Source of the DNA: Callorhinchus milii
Lineage: Eukaryota
Reading direction: 5' to 3'
DNA length: 64,000 bases
Assembly (NCBI RefSeq): GCF_018977255.1
Contig: NW_024704742.1
Span: 70,186,001 to 70,250,000, forward strand
Under the pieces are notes generated by a model that worked only from the letters and a program-made list of their open reading frames with translations, was not told the origin of the DNA and made no database searches. Position 1 is the stretch's first letter. Every line of letters begins with the position of its first letter. The translations under genes were made by a program, and so were the position numbers. Positions 36,139-47,570 of the stretch are shown piece after piece.

Positions 36139-36232
36139 CTTCTGCAGTACTTCACCCGAAACAAGGAATTGTTGGATTTGGTTTTCCATGAGCAGGTGAC
36201 CATTCCATTGAAGTTCCTGGAGATGCACTTCA
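36139..36232 (-). CDS. IL12B: p40-like coding exon 3 (D2 first half)
   Basis: VKCISRNFNGMVTCSWKTKSNNSLFRVKYCR aligns with p40 LRCEAKNYSGRFTCWW...FSVKSSR; acceptor CTTTCAG, donor GTAACG, phases 1/2. Confidence 0.93.
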
Positions 36233-36404
36233 CTGAAAGCAGATAAGAAACCAAGCATTACCTCTGTGTCTCTCTCCTGGTTGCCCCTTTCTCTCCTCAC
36301 AAGATCAATGAAGAAACCCTTTTGTCCCATCTGATCTTGTCCTGTCCTTCCAAAATCTCCACCCTTCCCACACTCCCATCGCAGCATCAACGTTTTCTTC
36401 AATG

Positions 36405-36978
36405 AGTCCTGCCGATGAGCCAGGCTGGGCTATGTTGTCATTAGCAGTGCCCTGGAATACTGTAGACTCGCCTGGCTCAGGAATCAGATTAGAGACCGTC
36501 ACAGAGGGCGGGCTCGATTCCAACATTCCGTTGCCAAATATGTTGTCACCTTGAGCCAGTTCAGCTCCAAGGAAACCCCTCTAACCTCCTACCCAAGGAG
36601 GACAGTCACTGGTTGGTCATTAGACATCCAACCAGTTCAGGTTTGAGCCCTCACTCGGTGGTTATCTCCCAGTTGCTTATAAAGTTCTCTATCAATGGCA
36701 AGCTGTGCAAGTTTAGCTGATTAGACTCCAGCAGTTACCCCAACGCACACTCTGGAGTCCCAAGCCTTGGCTCATGCAACCTGTGCTTATTACTTTCCGA
36801 AATTAGGTAAGCAGGATGCTTCCCTCCAGGGAGAGAGCGCACATTCCATTCCAATAATCCATCTCTGGGATTTCCATGTGTAGGTGGGATGCATGGAATT
36901 CTCAGTTTGGTTTGGAGACTCTTAAGTATGGTGATAGGTTTCCACATGTGTCAGACACCAGGCTGACCCCCAAAAAAT
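36405..36978. mobile_element. Family D repeat with inverted 5' half
   Basis: 36405-36665 is the reverse complement of the 5' half; 36690-36978 is the 3' half in + orientation ending CTGACCCC(A)n. Confidence 0.7.
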
Positions 36979-37039
36979 AACTGAATGAGTGAGTAGCACA
37001 CTCAAGGTGAACTGAGTGAGTGGAGGGGAGGCTTCTCAC

Positions 37040-37288
37040 CTCCGTCGCTCTCGAAGATGGGCGGTTTGTCTTCTTCAGTGATGAAAAGGTACGTGTGGGC
37101 GACCACCACCCCATTCCTCATGCATGTGTAATTGCCTGCGTCCGGCTGGTCAGCATTATTGATGATCAGCTGGCCAGAGGCTCCGACTGTTCCTCCCTGG
37201 ACTGCCTCCCCGTCTCGCAACCATATGACCTCCTCACTCAGGTTGTCGCAGCTCAAGTTGGCGACCATGTTCCTCTCCACTGTCCTGA
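37040..37288 (-). CDS. IL12B: p40-like coding exon 2 (Ig-like D1)
   Basis: RTVERNMVANLSCDNLSEEVIWLRDGE...GQLIINNADQPDAGNYTCMRNGVVVAHTYLFI aligns with p40 VVLTCD...ITW...[30 protein letters not shown]; acceptor TTGCAG, donor GTGAGA, phases 1/1. Confidence 0.93.
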
Positions 37289-37784
37289 CTGCAATCAGAT
37301 AGGACAGAAATGGGAAACAACATCAACGTTAACATCAACAACATCAACACCATTAATATCTACAAAGATATGAGCAACAACACCAACATCAAAAACAACA
37401 ACAACTGTGCATCCTATCTACCCCACCCCCCACCCCCCCCCCCCCCCCCCCCCCCCCCAACCCATTATTTTACATATCTCTATCATATCCCCTCAGAGCT
37501 CAAAAAAAAGCCCCAGTGTATGAAGCCTTTCCCTGTAACTGTACTTCCTCATTCCAGGCAACATAGGACAGCAATGAGGTCAGGATGTGTTGGGTTTACG
37601 GTCAAGCATTCTGTTGCTCACTCAAACATAACCACCTACGTATTACCGCAACGTGTCAGTGGGCACAGAACCAGACTCGAGTACGAGTCAAACAACAAAC
37701 TTCAGGAAAAACACACATGTCTTGTCATTCTTCTCTTGGCCACTAGATGGGGCACAAATAGATGGGAGAGAGTGTGGTCACTAT

Positions 37785-38182
37785 AGTCACTGGGGGCGGG
37801 GAATCCTCCCATTCAGCTCCTGTTAACCCTGCAAATCAAAGTCCTAACGGGTAGAGTGATTCTAGCTGGACAAGCAGCGGGAAAGCTTGCCAGACAGCAA
37901 TATCAATAGCAAGCTATGCTGTTTTAGCTGGTTAGACGTCAGCAGTTATCCCCAACTCACACTCTGGGGTCCCCAAGCCTTGGCTCTTGCCAACCTGCGC
38001 CTAATACTTCCCAGAATTAGGTAATCAGGATGTGTCCCTCCAGGGAGAGAGCGCACATTCCATTCCAGCAATCTATCGCTGGGATTTCCATGTATAGGTG
38101 GGAGGCATCAAATTCTCAGTTTGGTTTGGATACTCTTAAGCATGGTGATGGGTTTCCACATGTGTCAGACACATGGCTGGCC
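37785..38182 (+). mobile_element. Family D repeat, well-preserved 3' part
   Basis: AGTCACTGGGGGC...CAGCTCCTGTTAACCCTGCAA...GTGTCAGACACATGGCTGGCC. Confidence 0.78.
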
Positions 38183-40176
38183 CTCCACACGCAAAATAAA
38201 AAAATGCACTATGGTCAACATTAACAACTATAATAATTGCATTTGATATAGGGCCTTATCAAGTCATTGAGACGTCTCAAAGCACCTCATAAAATATACT
38301 GTACAGTAAATTGACTGGATATTTATTTTGTGGGCGAAAGACGGCAGCCAATTGCACAAAGCAAACTCCCACAAACGATCATAGATTGAAGGGACCAATT
38401 TTTTTTTGCAACTACAAGAACTTGCATTTACATAGCATCCTTCACATGAGTTAGAGTCTCAATTTAAGCATGGCGATGAGTGTGTCTGCATGTGTCAGAT
38501 AGCTGGCTAACCAAAACAAAATGACCAAAAGTGTGTGTGGTGGAGGAGTTACGTTTTTGAGACTTAATAATAATAATCCTTGCATTTGTCGTTGAGACGC
38601 CTCAAACCGCTTCACAAAATATACTGTAAAGTGGATTGACTGCATATTTTGTGGGCGAATTGTGGCAGCCAGTTGCATACAGCAATTTTCCACAAACAGT
38701 CGTGGATTGAGTGACCAAATTATTATTAATTTATGGAAGGGATTATTACCCCTAGAAAGTGATATGCCAATTGATTAACAACCAAGTTCCTGCTTGCTGC
38801 TAGATAAACAGAGGTGTGTGGAGTAAGGAAACGTGCTTAAGGTTTCGCCCTGCCTGGGAATCGAACCCAGGTCCTCTTGCTTGCGAGGCGAGTGCCCTAA
38901 CCACTGAACTATAGTAATACTAACGCCAGCCCTTCTGTGGAATATCAGACAGGACAGTGCGAGCTCAGAGCTCCTGATGGTAATAATAATGGGTGAGCTG
39001 AAAATGAGTTGGAAGTTCACCAAATGCAAACTGTCGGTAACATTAAAGTGGGCTGTGCGTGTCTTCGGAAATACTGTGAGTGTCTCTCGGCTGGTAAAGG
39101 TCATAAGAGAAATTAGTCTCATTCTAAACATTCTGCCACTGTTATCTTTGGATAAATTGCCTGCATTATGAAACTGGCTGATTTCCGCTTTTCATCAGCC
39201 TGGTTCAGTTCCTTGAACACAAAACACTCTGCAACTTTCAGCAAATTCTATTCGAAAGCATTGGCCAAAAAAAGCACACTTTACAGTCAATACTCCCCTA
39301 ATAATAATATTAATAACAATAATTCTTGCATTCAATATTGCACCTTATTGCTTCATTGAGACATCTCAAAGCGCTTCACAGAATACATCCAGCGCCTTGG
39401 GATGTCCTGCTGATGGGGAAGGCGCTATACAAATGTAATTTTGTATATTGTAAAGTGTGTATTTTGTTGGTGAAATGTGGCAGCCAATTGCGCACAGCAG
39501 TGTCCCACAAACAGTCGTGGATTGAGTAACCAAGTTATTATTATTTTTGGAGGGGAGGGATTTGATGGCACATGTCATGCTGTGTGTAGTGTATTCCTCA
39601 GTCTCTCTGCCTTGCCCCTCTCTTCCCATTTCAAGTGCCACCTGAAAACCTTCCTCTTCAATCATTCTTACGGCCACTTTCCCCCCACACCCCTGGCTCA
39701 GAGTCAGGCTCCACCACTGTTAAGCACTCTAAGATGCTACCCTGCGTGGAGGGTGCTGTATAAGTGCAAGTTGTTGTTATTGTGTTTGTGGTTATGACTC
39801 CTAGACCCATGTAACCAGTGGCCAAGCTGACCACCATATCACTGTGGTGTGTTTCAGGATAAGATTTATATGTTTGGAGGCATCCTCTCCATATTAACAT
39901 TGGGCAAAATGATAATAAATCACAAAAAGCACCTTTCCTGTCAGGAGGACATTTCAAAGCAAAGCGCTTCCCAGGATTTTACTGTAAAGGATCAGGTCCT
40001 GTGATATTGTCATCTTCCCACCCCCACCCCTTGGCTCCCATTGCCTCTGAATTGAACCCCCCCAGCTCAAGGGCAAACTCTCAAATGTCCAGCATCTTAA
40101 GATGTGAAAGACACTGTAAAAATGCAATTTGTTGAAGTTGTTATTCAGTGAGTAGGTACAAGACAGGATTACTTAC

Positions 40177-40249
40177 AATTCTTTGGAAACATAAACAGAC
40201 AGTCACCAGTAGAGAGAGAAAGGAGCAGGTAAATTGAGAAAGGCCACAT
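40177..40249 (-). CDS. IL12B: p40-like first coding exon (signal peptide)
   Basis: Strong acceptor TTTCCTTCTCTCTCCAG immediately followed by ATG, as in mammalian IL12B exon 2; MWPFSIYLLLSLSTGDCLFMFPKN-F is signal-like; donor GTAAGT, phase 1 compatible with the D1 exon. Confidence 0.88.
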
Positions 40250-41677
40250 CTGGAGAGAGAAGGAAAGAAACACATTAATACTGTGTACTTAAATATATTT
40301 ATATTATTAACAGAGAAATACTCCTTGCATTTCAGAACTTGAGGACGTCTCAAAGCGCTTCAGGGGGTTTACTCTTAAGTGTAAGTGTGTTTTGTGGGCA
40401 AATGTGAGTGAAGTGAGTGAACAATTTTATCTGGGGGATTGGGAAGATGAGTGGATCTCGAGGACACAGGGAGAGAGAAACGTCCTTCTCTTTCATCATG
40501 GGATCTTTAACGTCCTGAACAGGGAATGGACGGGACCACAGTTTAATGTTTCATCCAAAGGACGGCACCTCCGACAATGCAATGCACCTCCAGCACTGCA
40601 TTGGAGCATCAGCTTAAGAACATAAGAACTTAAGCATTTGCTGGAAGGTCCATCTAGTTTGCCTTCCACCATCCTGGCAGTCACTTGACATATCATGTCC
40701 CAAACTATATACTGTATCCCAAGATATTATTTTCTAACAGAAATCTATCTACTTTGTTCTTGAAACAAACAACATTCTCTGCTTTCACTGTCTCCCCAGT
40801 GAGCCTGTTCCATAACTTTACTACTCGCTCACTAGTGATTCTGCAGATTTGTTCTGAATTTCCGCCCCTGAGCAGTGAAAATATTGTAGATGGAGTGAAA
40901 TCTCACAACTTTCTGACTTAGGGGCGAGAGTGTTACCGACTGAGCCATGTGCTGACATCTAGCATAAACGCAAACTTTGATGGGATTTCAATGCTCTCCC
41001 AGTCTAATAATACTCTATCATTATAATTAATATTCCATTTTTTTTTAGCACTGTATTTTTTTGAAATGCCTCAGTGCATTTCACAGATAATCACTAACCC
41101 GTGGAGCAACTTTATTTTGTGGGAAAAAACATTTGCATCATTAAGCTCACTTGAAGTGAATCTGGGGGATTGCTGGCCAGGACACCGGGAGAAATTCCCT
41201 TCTCTATTTGAATAATTGGAATCCTGTAGCTTAGTAGTTAGAGAACTCACTTCACAAGCGAGAAGACCTGGGTTTGATTCCCAGCCAGGGTGAAACGTTG
41301 GGCAAGTTTCCTTATTCCATTAAGTAGCTAGCAGTAAGTAGGAGCCCAGTTGTAAGTCGATTGGTGCAACATTTACAATCCCTTTCCAGCAGTAATAATT
41401 GCTTAAAATAATAATTTAAAAAAATAATATTTTGTGGGTGAAACGCAACAGCCAATTGTACACAGCAGTGTCCCACAAACAGTTGTGGAGTGAGTGACCA
41501 ATTTATTATTATTTTTTTTAAACTGTAAAGTGGTTTTGCGAGTGTAACTTGGCAGCCAATTGTACGGAACCTCTGACAATACAGTGTACACCCCCTGTCC
41601 CCTCCATCCCAGCACAGCAAGGAAATGTCAGCCTTTAAGTCCCTGTAAATATCCTTGTAAGCAGTTAAATAATTTTG

Positions 41678-42235
41678 GGTCAGCTGGGTGTCTGACATGC
41701 AGAAACCCATCTCCGCGCTTTACAATATTCAAACCAGACCAAGAATTCCATGTATGTCACCTATACTTGGAAATTGTTGCGTCTGGAGTGGAATGCGCAC
41801 TCTCTTTTGCCCTGGAGAGATACATCCTGCTTTACTAATTGCAGGAGAGTATTAGACATAGGCTGGCACTAGCCAAGGCTAGGGGAACCCTGGAGTGTGT
41901 GTTGGGTGGGGCGGTAGCTTCTGGAATGTAACTCGCTAAAACCACACAACTTGCCATTGGTATAACTGTCTGGCAAGCTTTCTCACTGCTTGTCCAGCTT
42001 GGACCATCCTATCCGTTAGGGCTTTGGCTTGCAGAGTTAACAAGAGCTGAGTGGGATGACTCCCTGCCCCCAGTGACTGATCTGTCCTGCCAATGAGCCC
42101 GGCTTGGCTGGGCTGTCATCGGGGCAGTCTCCTGGAATAGTGCGGGCTCGCCTGGCTCAGGAACCAGACTAGAGACCACCACATTCCATTGTCGGACACT
42201 TCACCATGTAGCCAGCTCAGCCCCGAGGGCTCCCG
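41678..42235 (-). mobile_element. Family D repeat
   Basis: Near full-length reverse-complement copy. Confidence 0.72.
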
Positions 42236-42954
42236 GTTTAGCATCCCTTACCCTGTCCCCCCAAGGGAAAAGGGAGTTTCTTTCTCCCCATGTCCTGGCC
42301 AACAATCCCCCTAATAATACTAGTCACTCATTCCACGGCTGTTTGTGGGATGTTGCTATGCGCAAATTGAGGTGCTGCATTGCCTACAAAAACACAGTCA
42401 TTACACTTTACGGTAATATAAATCACATTAAACTGAGGTCTCACTTGTGCCTATTTTAGATCCAACCACACTGTTCATAACAAGAAGGGAGTTTCTCTTT
42501 GTGTCCTGACCAATAATCCCCCAGTCAAAATAGGCTGTTTTGCAACAACGTTCATTGACACATTGCTGCGTGTACATTGACTACCACATTCAATTATTAA
42601 TATCTAGGGTAAAATTCCAGATTTACATGGCATTAACGTGGCATTTGAGAGAGTCCAAAATCAGGCATTAACTCTCTGACTCTTTGCAGGATGTTGCTGT
42701 TTGCAAGTTGGCTTGCATGTTCACCTACAAAACACATAGTCACTGCACTTTATAGTTTACATTATATCCTCTGAAAATGACTCGACAATGTGATAAGGCT
42801 CTATATCAAATTCAAGGGTTATTATTATTAATCATAATAAAAGTGTTAAATTCTTAAATGCAGTCTTTAATTTTAAAGCCAGGGTTTTTTTGTAAGTTTT
42901 TTTAAAGTCTTATACTGAATTCAACAATTTGACAAATTCTCTACAATCTAGAAT

Positions 42955-43378
42955 AATAACAATAAATATCCTTACATTTGATACAGCACCTTAACACATC
43001 ATCAAGACATCTCAAAGCATCTCACAGGTTATACTGTAAAGTGTACTGACTGTATTTTGCGAGTGAATTACGGCAGGCAGTGTACGCACAGCAATGTCCC
43101 ACAAACAGCCATGGAGTGAGTGATCATTATTTGTATTTTGGGGGATTGTTGGCCAGGACACAGGGAGAGAGAAACTCCCTTCTCTTTTCGAATAGTGCCA
43201 TGGAATGTTTAACACCCACCTTAACAGGCACCAACAGGATCTCGGTTTAGCATCTCATCCAAAGGATGGCGATTCCGACAAGGCAGCACAAGCCCAACAC
43301 TGCAAGTCCCGGCGTGGTATTTGAACCCACAATCTCTGGCTCAGAGGTGAGAGCGCTACCATTGAGCCAGGCTGACAC
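42955..43378 (-). mobile_element. DeuSINE family C, full-length copy
   Basis: Head, Deu-like core (CCTTTGGATGAGATGCTAAACCGAG) and tail all present. Confidence 0.75.
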
Positions 43379-46300
43379 ACAATGCCCACGAAGTACATAG
43401 TCATTACGCTTCACAGTAAATGCTGTGAAACGCTTTGAGACGTCCCAATGTTGTATCAAATACAAGAATTATTATTATTGTAATTATCATATTTAAAGCT
43501 TCTCATTTACCTTATGGTGCTAATTGTAACCGTTAATTCTCTTTAACTTGAATACACCTGCCTTTGTCTCCACTTAGTTTCAGGTTTTAACGTCTCATCT
43601 GAAGGACTGCACCTCCAACAATGCAGCGAGAGCACTAATGTGTCCAGTGCAGCCTGGCGTAGGTTTAATGCTTCTCTTTTTCTATGCACTGTCCCCTTAT
43701 ACAGAGATAAGATGCCAAGTAAGTAATCAACACAAAATAACCCCCACCACAGCTATTCACTTGTTAAAGCGGAAGTCAACAATGGGAAAAACCTGGACGA
43801 AGGGTATCTAGTGGTGTATTTAAGCTGGTATTACAGTCAGACAAAGTTGTTTGTTATACAGTCAGATATAATGTGTTTTGTGGAGTGAGTTAGAGTTTTT
43901 TTGGCACAGTTGGGTGTCTGACACATGCAAAACCCATCACCACGCTTAAGAGTATCCAAATCAAGCTGAGAATTAATAATAATAATCCTTGCATTTAATA
44001 TTACGCCTTATCACGTCTTTGAAATGTCTCAAAGAGCTTCACAGTGAATTGACTGTATTTGGTTGGCAAAATGCAAATAATCATGGATTGAGTATTATTC
44101 ATCTATTATTATTTTTGAAGGGTTTATTACCTCAGGTAAAGCAATCCGCCAATCGACTAATGACTGGATTTCTACTTACTGCTCGGCAAACAGAGGCGTG
44201 TGCAGTAAGGAAACTTACCTAACGTTTCGCCCTGCTCCGGGAATCAAACCTAGGAATACTCGTTTGCGAAGCGAGTGCTCTAACCACTATGCTACAGGAC
44301 TCCACAAATTGCATGCATCCCACCTACACATGGAGATTCCAGAGATTGATTTTATAGATTATTAGAAATTGATAGATGAGCCAGGCTGGGCTGGGCTGTG
44401 CTGTCACCAGCAGTGCCCTGGAATACTGCAGACCTGTCTGGCTCAGGAACTGGACTAGAGACCAAGAGGTCTGGCTCCATTCCAACATTCCGTTGCCGAA
44501 CATGTCACCTTGTATTATATATTATATTAGAACTGTGAATTATAGAGTGAGATGGGGTTTGTACAATAATAATAATAATCCTTGCATTTGATATAATGCC
44601 TTGTCATGTCTCAAAGCGCCTTCAAGTTTGCAAGAGGAATTGTTGGAATTATTTGAGTGAGATAAGCAGCAGAAATTGCTTAGAGAGGTTCTGAAAAGTC
44701 TGCTCAGTTACTCATACACACCCATATTCTCATTTACCAACGATTATTCCAGTAAAGATAGACAGAGAACACCCACTCACAGAGCCTGAGAGATTCCCAC
44801 AGTAGGTTCCCTTGATCTACCCCACGCCTTTGGTGAGAGCACTGCTGCCTCTCCTTTTCACACAGTTTCTGCTCCTCACACACAGAGAGAGTGCTATCCC
44901 TATTCTAAACTCCTAGCTAAGATTTCACATGAAGGGTAAGTATAGGTTCTCTTGCCAATCATGAGTTCGAATCTTTCTCTCAGAGAAAAATGAATAGCAT
45001 TCACTTTAAAAAGGGAAAGACAGAGAAAAATAATAGAAATAACACAAAAAAGAGAGAAATCACTTTGAAAAGCAAGGGAAGATACACATAAAAGAGAGGG
45101 AGAGAGAAAAGGACAAATTGCAAGAGTCAAAAAGGAAACAGAGTGAAGTCAAAAAACTTAAAGTGGGAAATTCAGAACTTATAAAGTTTAAAATTTTTAA
45201 AACTGTTTTTGAAATTCTTTGAAATTTGACTTTCAAGTTAGTTCTCTCTGTTCACTGTTACTGGGTTACTCCTCCCTACCCCAAAATACATTTTAAAAGC
45301 AAAAAAATTTAGGTAAACTTTCAAAGAAGTGAATTAATTGAATATTGTACTTGTAATCTGAATTATTTAACAGCCAAAAGAGAAAATGGTTAAACTTGGG
45401 ATTAATGCTTCTATTGGGTCTTTCACTGATCAATTTTTTTATAATCTATAATTTATAATTCCTGATTTGTTAGAAATCGTTTGTTGTGTTCCTGGTTTAG
45501 GTTTTGAATTGACTATTTTACCAAAAAGTCAACTAATTTGCTCTGTCAGTTATTTTTAGAGAACCACTGCACTATGATAATGTATTTGATTTATATTTTA
45601 ACTATTTGTTTTGACAGAATCAATTAAATCATTCTTGTGTTGGTTTTGTTTTACAGGAACAGCGTTCCAGGAGAAAATTATTATTAATAATAATATATTG
45701 TTAATTAATATTATTATTAATAATAAGCCATTGATATGGCACCTTTCATCTTGAGAAGATGTCTCACAGCGCTTTGCAGGATTTTACTGTAAAGTGAGGT
45801 CCCTGTGTACTTGTGGACGAACGCTGCAGCAAGTTTGAGCACATTGACAGCTGTGAAAGTGAGTGACCGTTTGCACACACACAAATGGCACCCTATAAAT
45901 CTGTGCATTATAACAATTAATAACAATAATAATTCTTGCATTTGATATAGCGCCTTATGATGACGTCTCAAAGTGCTTCACAGAATATACTGTTAAATAA
46001 ATTGGCCTAAAAATAACAATTTATTAAAAAATTTAAATAAGAATTGAAAGTGCACAAGGGTATGATTAGCGAATGTGAGAAAAAATTAAGACGTTGTCTG
46101 TTTTTCCCCCAAAATTTGGCAGAGTCACTGGTGCAAAATTGCAATGTTTCCTAACACATACCATGTGTTAATTATCACAGTGAATCTATTTGGAAATATT
46201 GTATTTTTTCACCTCTATTTTCTCCCATCCCCACCACATTTTTTTGATGCCTTACATACCATGACATAGAAAGTCAAACAAACATACAGCACAACTATTC

Positions 46301-46513
46301 TAAACAAATTTTCATTTGCACGTCAGGAGGAGCCCAAGGAGGTTAACAGAGATGGCTGGGTAACTGAGCTGGAGGTGGGACCAAAGGAGGGTGAAGAGGG
46401 GAAAGATGACAGAAAGCGCGTTCAAAGAGGTAGATCTTGAGTCAGGGAGCGAGGGAGAGATTCAGAGGGACTCCGGAGATGGAGTTCCAGAGAGGGGACA
46501 CAGAAAATAAAAA

Positions 46514-46892
46514 ATAATAATCCTTCCATTTGATATAGCGCCTTATCGCGTCTTCAAGACGTCTCAAAGCGCTTCACTGAATATACTGTAAAGTGAATTG
46601 ACTGTATATTTCGTGGACAAAATGCGGTAGCCAATTGCACACAGCAGTGTCCCACAAACAGTCGTGGATTAAATGACCAAATTATTTATTTATTTATTTA
46701 TTTATTTGAAGGGATTATCACCACTGGAAAAGCGATCCACCAATCAACTAACAACCAGGTTCCTACTTCTGCTAGATAAACAGAGGTGTGTGAAGTAAGG
46801 AAACTTGCCTAACGTTTTGCTCTGCCCGGGAATCGAACCCAGGTCCTCTCGCTTGGGAGGCGAGTGCTCTAACCACTAAACTGCAAGATTTC
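46514..46892 (-). mobile_element. tRNA-derived SINE, long form (family B). Similar copies lie near 20880, 29083, 38566, 47780, 49027, 50540, 51280, 53179, 54010, 57534, 58775, 60988 and 61861
   Basis: Same head and tail as family A plus an internal ~65-bp segment CTCTGTTTACCTAGCAGTAAGTAGGAACC..GTTGTTAGT.GATTGG.GGATCGCTTT. Confidence 0.85.
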
Positions 46893-47303
46893 ATAGATAG
46901 GTTGAAAGCCCACCTGCCAATAGTTAGTTAAAGACTTGCAACAAATATAGCATTAATAATAAAATATAGAATACAAAAAGCTGGGTGAAAATTCATCAAT
47001 ATTGATAAAGTTCTCTGTTCTGAAGTCCCTTCTATCTTAAACATAGATTGATAATTCCATTTAACTTACACAATAAATACACAACGGTATAAAATGTGAT
47101 ATTTCCTAACAGACCCAATGTGATAAAACATAATATATCTCATTAAATCAGTTAGGAAACATTGCATTCACATTCTTACATAATAATAATCCTTGTATTT
47201 GATACAGCGCCTTAACACGTCGTTGAGACGTCTCAAAAGGCTTCGAACCCCTCTGGTTTCTGTTATGAAAACCTATATTTTTTAGAAGTCAGTTGTTCCT
47301 CAC

Positions 47304-47398
47304 CTTTGTTTCTGTGGGGGGTGTCTCTCGGGTAGTTCTGGCTGAAGTTGTCAGGGGAGTTGTCCGAGTGTGTGAGAGAGAGAGAAAGCCAGTGAATG
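47304..47398 (-). other. IL12B: Probable non-coding exon 1 of the p40-like gene
   Basis: Lies about 30 nt downstream of a TATA box and ends at donor AAG/GTGAGG (47303). Mammalian IL12B also has a short non-coding exon 1 spliced to an ATG-first exon 2. Confidence 0.6.
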
Positions 47399-47420
47399 CC
47401 TTGTCGAAGGAGAGCGACCC

Positions 47421-47570
47421 TTTTTTATACAAACCTGCTCGCCCTTGCAAAACTAAGTCTCAGCCAGTAGTAGCCAATCTCAGATCCTGTAGGTTCAGTG
47501 ATGACACCAGAACACATTGATTTCCAAGAACTTTCAAAGCCCCGAAAAAAAAACAGAAACTCCCCTCAGG
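47421..47570 (-). promoter_or_regulatory. Probable p40-like core/proximal promoter
   Basis: TATAAAAAA at 47429-47421, C/EBP-like TTTTGCAAG at about 47452-47444, CCAAT at 47474-47478 and kB-like GGGGAGTTTC at 47565-47556. Confidence 0.55.

Noticed and set aside
33333..40249. Identification as EBI3, CRLF1, CNTFR, IL6R or IL11RA instead of p40
   Set aside because: EBI3 lacks the Ig domain. The AEE, FYIRDI-IKPDPP and WEYP..W..PHSYF motifs, the intron phases and the stop soon after WSEWS with no TM or GPI tail fit p40 best.
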